In this document: positions 52,841-64,000 of the stretch, one piece after another
Position numbering within the stretch: the first letter of the stretch is position 1
Layout of the letters: each line of letters starts with the position of its first letter
Assembly: GCF_963921235.1 (NCBI RefSeq)
Contig: NC_086118.1
Location: forward strand, 12,154,001 to 12,218,000
Direction: 5' to 3'
Length of the DNA: 64,000 bases
From: Mobula hypostoma
Taxonomy: Eukaryota
Notes under the pieces: model-generated
What the model was told of the DNA's origin: nothing
What the model saw: the letters and a program-made list of their open reading frames with translations, nothing else
Databases searched by the model: none
Program-made: the position numbers and the translations under genes

Positions 52841-53164
52841 GGTATGGTGTCCTGAAGGCACACACTCGGTGATTCAGGATCAGTTTCTTTCTCTTTGCCA
52901 TTCAATTTCTGAATGGGCATTGAACCCGTGAACACTACCTCACTATCCTTTTTAATTTTTATTTTGGTACTACTTACTCTACTGAACCCATTTGTTCTTC
53001 TTGCTTTTCTGAAGTTACTGTTAATGAATAAACTTTCATGAATGAACAGAATACAATATGTACAGTGGATGAAGCATTCTTGCCAAACTTCATACATCCT
53101 TACCCCTCCTTGTTGTGAACTAAACTCATGTAAAAGTTTAAAAGTCTACTACCAACTATATCAA

Positions 53165-53285
53165 GGGTCTCATCTCAAGTTATTGACTCTTTATTCCTTT
53201 CCATAGATGCTACCTGACATGCTCAGTTCCTCCAGCGTTTTGTGTGTTACTCTGGATTTCCAGCAACGGCAGAACCTCTTGTATT
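53165..53285 (+). mobile_element. PLE pLTR tail module with 15-bp TSD
   Basis: TSD taccaact(a/g)t(a/g)tcaa at 53150-53164 and 53286-53300. Confidence 0.72.
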
Positions 53286-53679
53286 TACCAACTGTGTCAA
53301 CCTTTATTATTCTAGGCACTACACATTTGTTTTGTGACCTGAAGTGTTTCAATTTTTCTGTGGCTAATTGGAAAATGTGATCCCTTTGTCCTGGACCTGC
53401 CTTGGATTGAAATTAACTGCTTCAAAGGGCATCCACAAGATAAACACAAGCTTCATACCCTTCAGTTTTATACTGTGGATAATTGCCAAACAAGTTTAGC
53501 ACCTTTAATGAAGATAGAGCTGGTGAAGCACAGCGACAACTTGCTGGCAGCAAGCAAAACTACTAATTACTTTATAGATCACACTTTTTCTCAAAAATGA
53601 TCACTGCTATCAATAGCCTGTGACTTCCCTTTTTGAGCTGAGCTTTTAACTTGGCATTTCTACAGTGTGAACTGAAGCC

Positions 53680-54310
53680 TTGAAGGAGCAGGATGGTTGT
53701 GTCATGGTGTGTATGGGCCAAATCAAGGTGGCAGAACCTGGGCACAAGAGTGAGGAACTTGCCAAAGTATGGCCATTGCTGTGTGGCAGAACCAAGGTGA
53801 GGCAGAGTCAAGATGGTGGGGCCCAGGCCTGAGAGTGAGAACAAGCTGATGTTTGACCAATTTAAGTGCTAGGGCAGATTGGAAAGGTCAGCAATTGAGG
53901 TACTGGTCCTGGGCCCTAGAGTGTATCGAAGCAGTAAGGCCGGGGTCTGAAAGCGAGGAACGACCTGCTGTTTGGCCACATTAGGTGCTGGGCCAGATTG
54001 AAAAGGTCAGGGTGTCATGGCCAGAGATGAGGGAGAGGTTGGTGTTCAGTTCTCTGCTACACAATGTTTAATTGTCTTTGCGCTGAACCGAGGCTGCGGC
54101 CCATAACCAATAGGCTCCTGGATCGGCTGTGACCGGCTTTGTTGCTGTGAACTCACTTTCATGAACCTCGGTTGGAAATATTACTTGCTTACTTTTATTG
54201 CTTGCACAATTTGTTTCTTTTTCTGCACATTGGATGTTTGAGGACTTCATTTTGAATGGGTTGTAAATGGTAAACATACTTCGATAATAAATGTACTTTT
54301 AACTTTGAAG
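53680..54310 (+). mobile_element. Non-coding interspersed element with Rex1-like tail and internal repeat of about 120-bp period
   Basis: Repeats tttg.cca..t.a.gtgct.gg.cagattg.aaaggtcag at about 53852 and 53971; tail gataataaatgtacttttaactttgaa. Confidence 0.5.
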
Positions 54311-56450
54311 CATCACTGCCTTTCTTACTACTCCCTGCTTTCCTCCCACTCCTCTTTATTCTTCAATATGACACTAAGGTACCTGAGAGCTTGATTAGCT
54401 GTGCTTCTGCTGGATATATTGAATAAAACGCAATGTGCAGTAAAGCTGCAAACTGCTACGTGATGTGCTCAACAACTTCCCACCCACTATCTTGACGTTA
54501 ATGTGATTTGCAAGGATACATAGTTTTGATAGCTGTTTCATTTGATATTCTGCCTAATTGTCTTAATCTACTTTTAAGATGGCTTTCTGTGTCTCAGGGA
54601 GTTAACAATGTAATCAGATTAAGGTAACATAAAATGAAAAGAAGCAAAACCACTTTAGTTAAATTATGTAAACATCCTAAAATGAAAATGCAGAAGTATG
54701 ATCAGTAGCTTTATAAATCACTCGCTAAAGCTAGATTCATGCCCACAATATTTTTGACCCTTAGATCGTGTTTTTAATTTATATGTTGGATGTGATTTTT
54801 CTGGCTGGATCAGCACTTACTGTCCATTCCAAATTGTGGCTCAACACAGTGCTGCCTTGTCAGGCCATTTTAGAGGGTAGTTACTGTAAGTACCAACCAC
54901 GTATCAACCAGTTGGGTAAGGACGTCAGCGGTTCTTTTCCTTCCCCGAAGCACATTGATTGATCTTTTATAAAACTCTAAGGGTGTCATCCTCATCATTG
55001 CTGATATTAACTTTTTTATTTCAGGTTTAATTCATCAGTTGAGTTTACATTTCCCAGCTCCCATGGTTGGATTCAAAGCTCCATCTCTATATAATTAGCC
55101 CAAGGCACTGGATGTCACTGTGGTCTGCATTATTGCCATGATGCAAATGGGACTGGGATCATTGCTGAAGGGTCAGATTTGCTATTGGTGAGGTTCTGGT
55201 GAAGTTGAGCACAATCAAATCATCATTTTTATATTCATTGTATCAGAAAATTGTGTAGAATGAGGAAACCAATCTGCCCAATGAATTGACTCTATGAAGA
55301 ATCTAGACAATTTCACAACCAATCAAATAAAATGAGAATAGGGAGACTGATAGTAGTGAAACCCTTTTACAACAACTCCAGGGATATAGTTATCCCAACT
55401 CTACGTCATTTTTCCCAATGCTTATTTCTAAATTCATCCTTTCTTCACTTCCTCTCCCCATATTACACCATATACCACAATATTAGTAAATAACTAACAG
55501 GCAACTAAAATATATGAACTCTGATAATATCAACACAATCAGAAATCACGGTCTTACTTTCTAATGTTTCTCTTGAGGTGCAGTATCAACAAAAACTGAT
55601 GCAAATGAGCAATGCTCTTCATTTGTGTTCACCAAAGTCTTTGTGCTCATCAAGAGTTCAATATTGAAAAGTTCATGAAATCACTTTCAGTGTTTGTCAA
55701 GGTACTTTATATTTTGCCCCAGGAATAAACATATCTTACATATTCTGAAACTATGGTAACTCAGTCTTTTGAGGGCCAGACTTTAGGCTTTACTAAGATT
55801 TATTTTAGCATCTATTCCTCTTGCATTTAGTTAGAATAAAAGTTTTGACATGACATAATCCTTTGCTATATCAATACTGTGCCTTTATACCAGCCCTGGG
55901 AACATGCAATCAAAGAGAAAGCAAAGTAAAATCAAAGATGAAGATAAAGTAGAGGGGGTCAGAACAATAGAGAGTGAAAAAAGACATTGGCCCTCACAGA
56001 GATATTGAGCTTGCAAAGAGCAGTGCCTGAATAATTGATGGGCTTCTCTAATAGACTTCATGGCTCCCTAATGGGACAGGGTAAACATTGAAATGTTTGA
56101 AAGAAACACTGGCAGGACTGAAGGAACAGATAAATGCAACCTGGTGGGAGATTCAATGAGCTCCCACTGAATTTCATGTACTAAGCAGTCTTGGTGACAG
56201 CTGTAGGCTCTTCCTACAAATCAATATCAGTACCAAATACTGTAAGAGCAAAATCTGGACAATGAAAAAATCTGTTACTGGAGAAAAATCTGTAAATAAT
56301 CTTCCTAATGCTATCTTCATTTAAAAAAAAATTATAATTGATTTCCACTCACCCTGCATGAGCCAGACATTAATGAGGTTTTGTGTTTAGAAGAGTTCAT
56401 TCAATCTAAACGAGAGAATGATGGGGGTGGGGGGAGGGTGTGCAGAAAAG

Positions 56451-56693
56451 CTACTCCAAATGCCCCTTTCCCTTCTAATACCCCCTACTCCAAATGCCCC
56501 TTTCCCCTCTAATACCCCCTACTTCAAATGCCCCTTTCCCCTCTAATACCCCCACTTCAAATGCCCCTTTCCCTTCTAATACCCCCTACTCCAAATGCCC
56601 CTTTCCCTTCTAATACCCCCTACTCCAAATGCCCCTTTCCCCTCTAATACCCCCTACTTCAAATGCCCTTTTCCCCTCTAATACCTCCTACTT
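56451..56693. repeat. 34-bp minisatellite, about 7 copies
   Basis: Unit ctactccaaatgcccctttccc(t/c)tctaatacccc. Confidence 0.96.
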
Positions 56694-56791
56694 TAGTGAG
56701 CTCTCCAGTTTGCACTGGGGGTGCCAGCTCTGGTCAGTCATCATTCAGGAGGCTTTAGAACTTTATCATTTGATGTGTGAATCCATGTAAT

Positions 56792-56920
56792 CCTATCAGA
56801 AACAAGAGAAAACAAGAGGAAATCCTGCCGAAGGGTCTCAGCCCAAAACGTCGACTGTACCTTTTTCTGTAGATGTTGCCTGGCCTGTTGAGTTCCTCCA
56901 GCATTTTATGTGCATTGCGC
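56792..56920 (+). mobile_element. PLE pLTR module with 9-bp TSD
   Basis: cctgccgaagggtctcagcccaaaacgtcgactg; TSD ccatgtaat at 56783-56791 and 56921-56929. Confidence 0.78.
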
Positions 56921-59804
56921 CCATGTAATTCCGCCTCTTCACATCTGAGTCAGAATCAAGTTTAATATCACCTGCATGTGTTGTGAAACTTGTCTTTGCA
57001 GCAGCAGTATAATGCAATACAGTCTTTTCTCTTTCATTAAGTATGTATATTTTAAATAGTTACATTAAATAAATAGTGCAAAATAAAAATAATAGAAGTA
57101 GTAAGTTAGTATTCATGGGGTTCAATGTCCATTCAGAAATTGGATGGCACATGAAAAGAAGCTGTTCCTTCAGGCTTCTGTAGAAAAATACGTTCTTCAT
57201 ACTAAATTAAATGATTCAGACCAACAGATTTCTTACTTTTTATAAACCACTGATTATAGAAAATGCCAAAGAAATGTTAGAAATAAATATCTTAATGCTC
57301 GAAAGATTCTCTTCTGGTCTGCATGTGGTCCAGGAGTTCAGTTCATGTGAACCATGTGCCGAAAAGGCAAACCTTCTCTGGGTGGCGCTTTATTGTACCC
57401 TGCCTGCTAAGATGCAGACATTAATGCAGGGAATTGTGAAACAAAGTTTCAGAAGATTAGAGAGTTATTACAGAAGGAAGTGCCAGGGGTCAGGGAGAGC
57501 TGAGCTGGCATGAGTAAACGAGGGAGTCACAGAAAGAGTGGGCTTTGCAGAACTAAGGAGAAGAAGATCTTGTTGTCCCTGGCAGTAGTAGCAAAGGGCA
57601 ACATGCTGGATGTGGAGTCTCATAGAGTGAAAAGTGAAAACCAGAACTGGGGGAAATGCAAAGGATAGTCCCAGAGTTCTGAAAACCAGGTTTGAATGTT
57701 AAGCACCTGCCTGACTACCAGAGAGTAGTTAAATCCTGACCACGCATGTTTACATCACAGCCAAAGCCGGAGGTTTAAGGTTCTTACCCAAACTCCAGTC
57801 CTTTTGAGGCCCCAATGAACACCGCCCTGCTTGAGGTCAGCTCACTAACTAAACCAAAGAACTGATAGGAAATCTACCATCTGCCTCAGTTTCCATCTCA
57901 GCTAGCCAGCTAACATTAGCCTGTGGTCTATGAAGCCAGCTTTAAATGTCTTTGGAAGAATAGCAAATGTCTTTGGAAGAAGCCAAGGTTTCTGCTGTGG
58001 TTGTCAATAGCAACATCTTGAAGGATCCATTGGTCACATTGGAGTGAGAAGATTGAGATGCACTCAGTGTAAATTCTAAATTGAAATACCTTTTTAATGC
58101 TGAGGGAGTGCACGTTTTTTCAGAGTGGTTGTCCTTCAGTTAAGTTTAATCTTTGCGTGTGAGAATATCTATGAAAAAAGTCACAAGGTACAGTTCTGAT
58201 GATGAATAGTTGGAAATTCACTCCAATAGCTTAATTAGTTTGAAATGACATTGTGGGCAGAAAGGAGCTATAATCTTCTATGTTGTATGTTCTAATAGTT
58301 ATTTATTAAACAATATTCCATGATCATTTTTGGGAGCTTGCTGTCTGTGGTTGACTGCCATGTGTCCTACATGGCAGTTGTTAATTGTTTGGAGAATGCT
58401 TGGCATGTTTTGAAGTGGTGAAGGAAACTAAATAATTGCCAGCCTTCGTTGCAAAGCCCATTCCCACTGAATTCCATATTAATATTAAATCAGTATCATA
58501 AATGCATTATCGACACCCCAACCTAGCGATTGCACCTTAATCAAGCCTTTGCAGTGAAAAAGCTCCCACAGAGCTTGAAAGAAATGAATTAACAGGAAAT
58601 AATTAAGGGATTGGCACAAACTGAGCGTTCAGTCACAGATATTAACAATTTACTCTGGTGTGTAAGTCTATATTTGAAACCCTGGTGTTGCCAGCTTGAG
58701 CTCAGTGGGTGGTACTAACTTAGATTGCTGCATCAAACCTTTTCCAAGATCTGGGCACATCATCCAAGATGCCAGCTCACCCCATTACTGAGGGAGTACA
58801 TTACCACAAAAATAGTATACTATCTGCATGTTTGCAAGTGGGTTGAAGCACAAGCAGGAGCTCCTAATAAATGCTTTTGTCTCTGATAATGCAATACAAT
58901 ATGATTGCTTATTTCCCAAACTTCTTCACTTCCTCATTCCCAACAACCACAGGTAGCTCCTGGCCTCTCATCCTATCTCTCACGCTCTGAAGTGAAGCCA
59001 ATCGGGCTATCGGTTCCATGTCAGCCACTTGAAAGAACAATCTAATTGGTCCCAGATCCCTACTGTTTCTGCATAGAACTAAACGTTTTCCGTTTGCTAA
59101 GAACATATCTAATTCTCTTTTGAAAGTACCAATTGAATCTACTTCCATCATCCTTCCTGATAACACACTCAAGATCATAGCAACTCACTGTACAAAAGAA
59201 AATACATCTCCCTCTTATTGTACGAATGCTGATTATTAAGTACTCCCTTGTTTACTGTCATTGGACACAAAAGAGGGCCCAGTGATGTCTCACAGAGATA
59301 CACTCAAAGATTCTATACATTGCCTTTAATTTTAACCTATTTTAATCCACCTACAATATACGTTTGTACATTCCTCTGCCACTTAAAATTGCATCATCTT
59401 CACAAAGACAATTTGTTGCAACGTTTGACTGAATAACAAAAGACATTTTCCTTGGCTTGGTTCCTTTCTCCTGCTGCTTGTCCCACTGGAGATCGTTTGA
59501 GTCAGGGTGAACTTTTTGTTGTATTTTCTCCAAGTCACAGATCATCCTGTGTAAGCCAGGTTGATGAGTCTGGCTAAGCAACATTATAGTCTACACAGAT
59601 GCACCTTGTGAATTTTGCCCATAGTGTTGATCAAGCATGTAGTATGGTGGAAAATTTGGCTACCACCACTTCTTGCTTAGACTCTAGGAACTGAGTGGTA
59701 GCCTCTCCAACCACCAGCCCCAACTCCACACTCTTTCTCAGCAAATGAGGAACAGAGTTATAGGCTGATCGCATTAGGACTTTACTCCTTGGAGCAAAAG
59801 ACAC

Positions 59805-60180
59805 TGAGGTGGTGATCATAAAGAGATTTATAATATCATGAGAGACATAGATAGGGTGAATGTACTCTGTCTTTTTTTTTAACCAAGGTTGAGAATCTAG
59901 AACTGGAAGTCATAGGTTTAAAGTGAAAGGGGAAAGATCTAATAGGATTGTGAGGGGCAGCCTTTTTTACACATATGGAATGAGCAGTCAGATGAAATGG
60001 TCAAGGCAGGTACAATAATGACTTTTAAAAGACATTTGGACTGGTGTATAGACAGGAAAGGCTTAGAAGGATCTTGACCAAGCATGAGCATATAGGACTG
60101 GTCTGGATGGACATCTTGGTTGGTATAGTCCAGCTGTGCCAAAGGGCCTGTTACTTTGCTATATATTGCCATGACTCTAT
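59805..60180 (+). mobile_element. CR1 LINE 3' fragment
   Basis: gaggtggtgatcataaagagatttataatatcatgagagacatagatagggtgaat...gggcctgttactttgctatatt..atgactctat. Confidence 0.8.
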
Positions 60181-60919
60181 ATTGTCAAAATGACAAGGAC
60201 AGTCATTTGCATGGAAATCTGAGTATTTCAACCATCACATTTCTGAAGCATGCAATGGCAGCAATGACTTCAGCAAACCAGAATGTATTATCGTGACAAT
60301 TTACACCCGTGTCCTCAGATACCATGTCTTTGGGGAATTTCTGTAAAATTAATTAATTTGACCATATTACACTGGAAATGGCCTCTGAGTTTCCAGCTGC
60401 AAGTCAGCTGTTTGCCTGAGGCTGTGGGCTTTTCATTCAGACACCACATGGTGTGAGCCTGACCTCAATTCCTCTCATTCTTTTAGTTTGGAGAAATAAA
60501 GAGAATCCATGGAAGGTTCGGATCAAAGGGCATGGGGGTGGGAGGTCCTAAAAGGAAGAAAGACTTGCATTTATGTATAGCATCTCTCATGACCTCCGAA
60601 TGTCACCACAGCCTTAAAGTTGATTAAATACTTTTGAAGTTACTTGTGGAAAACAAAATACAAAAGTGGTATTTTGTAGGTGACAGCTAATATTACATGT
60701 TTGGCATTCTTGCAGAAAATTAAAATGATTTCTCACCCCACTCACTCCATGAATCTATTGATAAATTCTGTAATAATGCACATTTGTGAATCTGATCAAA
60801 GACCTGAGTGGTATCCTGTCTCTACCAACCCATCTCAATTGACAATGACAACAAAAGTAGGTGAATTGGTTATTCACCTCACTGCTTTTGTAGTATTTCT
60901 ATTCAATGTGTCATATTGC

Positions 60920-61440
60920 CGTAGAATCAAAGAGCCATAGGGCACAGAAACTGTCCTTTCTCTCATCTTGTTTATGCTAGCCCTTTTTGTCCATTTACAT
61001 AAATTCCATTTGTCTGCATTAGGACTGTAGCATTCTACATAATTATTTTCCTGCCTATATGCCTCTTAAATGCTGTAATTTTATCTGATTCCATTATTTC
61101 TAGCAGCACGTTCCTGTTATCAACCACTCTGTGTATAAAAAAACCCTCACCCCTAAGATCACTTTTAAAAGTCTGTTCTCTCACTTTTGTTTTTGATATG
61201 TTTGCCAATGGGGAAAAATGATTTTGACTATCCACCCTTTCTGTATCTCACATAATCTTCATACCTTTATCTGGTCACCTCTTGGCTTCCTTCACTCCAG
61301 AGAAAATAAGCCCAGTTTATCCCATCTTTTCTCATCAGTAAAGAGTGACAGTACAGGCAAACCATCCTGATGAATCTCCACTGCACTCTCTCCAGCACAA
61401 TCAAATTGTTCCTCTTTTGTGGGTCCCAACATGATACCTC
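60920..61440 (-). mobile_element. CR1 LINE 3' fragment
   Basis: ORF 61267-61461 LERVQWRFIRM; 3'UTR motifs. Confidence 0.75.
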
Positions 61441-61829
61441 AGAATAATTATTTATTTTCAAGACAAAAGAAGTGCAGCAGTATTGAACATTTTTCTATTT
61501 TGCCTTATAAGGGTTATCAAAGGGTGTACTTAGATGATGTAGTCAACAAAATCAAATTCACCCTTTAGTTTGGATGCAGTTAGTAAACGTAGTTTGCTGT
61601 GATGGGTTATGGGTTAGGTGGAATAGTTTGAAACCAGCATCTTTTCACATTCCAATTCTTTCCAAATACTCCCATGTCATTGTGTTTTCATTGATGTAGA
61701 CTAGCTTCCAGTAACCCGCCTTTGAATTTGATCTGCCCATGTGGTTCTGGAGAATGAACAATTTTAGGATATTCTTCCCAAGCTGGAATATTTAGGGTCT
61801 TGGTCTGGACGGAATTGCTGTGGTCACTC

Positions 61830-62050
61830 CCAACTATTCTCATTTAATGCTCTGTACATTACCAGCAAGTCCCCTCAGATTCTGTCATTCACTTTTCAAG
61901 AATTTGCAGTGGCCTGTTGTTCTACCAATCCACAGGTCCATGGGAGATGAGGTGAAATCAGAGCAGTCACAGGAAGAATGTGCAAACTCCACAGGGAGCA
62001 GCAGAGGGTGGTACTGAACCCAGGTTGCAGGAGTTGTGGGGCACTACCAT
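61830..62050 (-). mobile_element. Old V-SINE
   Basis: gtcacaggaagaatgtgcaaactccaca...gaacccaggttgcaggagttgtg. Confidence 0.55.
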
Positions 62051-62499
62051 TCGGCCCAGGTCAATGATCAACAGTAAGAGTTCTGGCTGAGCCTTCCCCC
62101 CACAACACTCAAGCCATCACCAATGGAGAAAATTAGATGCTGAGATTATCCAGGTTCATAAACCTCCATCTTTAATTCTGTGTAATCCTTTGAAAAATAT
62201 AAGAGTGCACATAATGGGAAAAGAGAGTTCCATAATTATTTCACTGTGATTTGCTTCAGAGATGTTAGAAATCTTGGCATCTGACAGCATTTCTGAGAAG
62301 CATGCTGGCGCGGGTTGCTAAAATAGCAGAGATTTGGAGGCAGCTAACATTTGCATTTATTCTGGAGTGGCAGTGTGTTGTACAAGTTCAGCTGTGCTCT
62401 GTGGTGGAGTAGACTTGAAGGCATATTCTTGCTTGTGTCCTTTCTATTCTTATTCCATTGACGATCTGCCCGCATTCACTTCACACAAGTTTTAAAACC

Positions 62500-62755
62500 T
62501 TTTAAGTTGAAATAAGACATTTCCATATCTTGGTAAATTAACTCAAAATATCCCATGGCACTATTTCAAAGAGGAGCAGGAGATTTTTTTCCTGATTGCC
62601 TGACCGATGCCTATCTCTCAACTTACACATAAAGCAAAATATTTGGTTAATCATTTCATGGGGCTATGCCATACATGGATTTGTGTATACTAACGACAAA
62701 TACTATACGTCAAAAAATAATCCATTGGTTTGAATAATTACTGCATTGGCTGAAA
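62500..62755 (+). mobile_element. Ancient Deu-domain SINE remnant (SacSINE1/AmnSINE1-like)
   Basis: atcccatggcactatttcaaagaggagcagg...cctgaccgatgcctatctctcaac resembles the Deu-domain consensus; weaker copies at about 52110-52240, 58095-58420 (+) and 19110-19390, 60560-60650 (-). Confidence 0.55.
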
Positions 62756-64000
62756 AACAAAATTCCATCAGACTTATAAGTGTATACCAATAGTTGTGAA
62801 ATTTACATCGCTGTTTGAAAAAAATGTATGCATTAGTTGTAAAGGAATATGCCATTGAATGTTAAAAAATTCAATTGATTGTAAAATAAATTACTCAATT
62901 AGTTATAGAAATGTAGTCCAGTGATTTTAAAACATATTGGACAATCCTTGCTTTACATGTTCTCTCGTTCCCTGAGATCATTTTCATGCAATTACTTTCT
63001 CCCTATATTTGCCTTGTGCTTCAGAAAACTGAGACAAAACGTATCAGATTCTAGCTAGACATCTCAATCACCTTGCTGTCTTCAACAAAAACAATCTTGA
63101 GTCAGCTAAATTTCTTGAAGTCTTTTTGACCTTGATATGTTTCAGCACTGTGAATGTGATTCTGCACTTTCTATTCAATTTATGAAAAAATAATAATAAT
63201 AGGTTATTTTATGGACGGAATCTTCAGCCAATTCTTCCGATCCCATATGCTGTTTTATTGTGGATAAATCTATCCATAATGTTGCATTCACACCACCAGG
63301 GAGATGCCATTATGGGTAGATGGCATTACTGGGATCTGTTTGCACTATGCAGCTGTGCAGTGCTCCATACTGGAGGATAAGTGTCTGTCTGAGGTTGGTG
63401 CCAGGATGATGCACTGAGTTAATTACAAGCCACAGCTGTGGAGTGCAAGCTGGCACACAGGGCTGCCAAACGACTGAGCAATGGCATCCGCCTGATGGTG
63501 AAACAAAATCCTGTGCAGCTAACTGGAATGTGTTTGCAGTTTTTGCTTCTAGTGTTCTATATCTCACACTATGTCTGCAGCCTCCCTCTGCCACTTAGCA
63601 GGTGAAACATCAAGGCCAGGAGACGTGGGACATCACCATTAGAGCATAATCACACAACTGAATTGGGGATCCAACTGGCATATCCCTGGCTGGAATGACT
63701 CCATCCCATCGTAGATGGAGCAACTTCTTAAATCTGCCGGAAAGCACGTACGAGGTTCCCTCATACCGCATTGCAAAGTGCAGTACCATGAAACATTTTA
63801 GATGGAATGTCAGGACGCTGGCTGTTTGATTCCTACCTTCCCAAACCTAAAGCTCTGACCCACAACCCTTTCTAACATGGTTTCACATCCAAAATCTACC
63901 AAAAATGTTAGGTTGGGGCAGTCAAGGTTCTGTGGAACTTGAGGACTTACATTTATAAACATTTACTTAAAAAAGAAACTTTTAGCTTTATTGTATTAGC

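Noticed and set aside
57944..57981. 17-bp direct repeat aaatgtctttggaagaa
   Set aside because: Ordinary slippage duplication

Overview
Repeat-dense eukaryotic (vertebrate) genomic DNA with no recognisable host protein-coding exon, so it is intergenic or deep-intronic. The repeat mix (HE1-like V-SINEs, Deu-domain SINE remnants, CR1, Rex1/Babar, Penelope-like pLTRs) suggests a cartilaginous fish, probably a ray; this is an inference. All convincing coding signals come from retroelements: a 5'-truncated HERO/R2-group RLE element (12.1-14.2 kb), RTE, Rex1, CR1, L1 and Gypsy fragments. A decayed tRNA-Leu, hAT and Tc1/mariner MITEs and three minisatellites are also present. The most notable structures are: (1) about ten short Penelope-derived modules, several flanked by TSDs, whose consensus rebuilds a minimal type I hammerhead ribozyme; (2) an interleaved double inverted duplication at 36.95-37.91 kb; (3) a multi-level nested retroelement stack at 41.2-47.4 kb; (4) motif-clustered candidate enhancers at 22.5 kb and 50.6 kb. 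I cannot support a wholly new biological system from the sequence alone. Family names come from motif recognition rather than database searches, and boundaries of old repeats are approximate.
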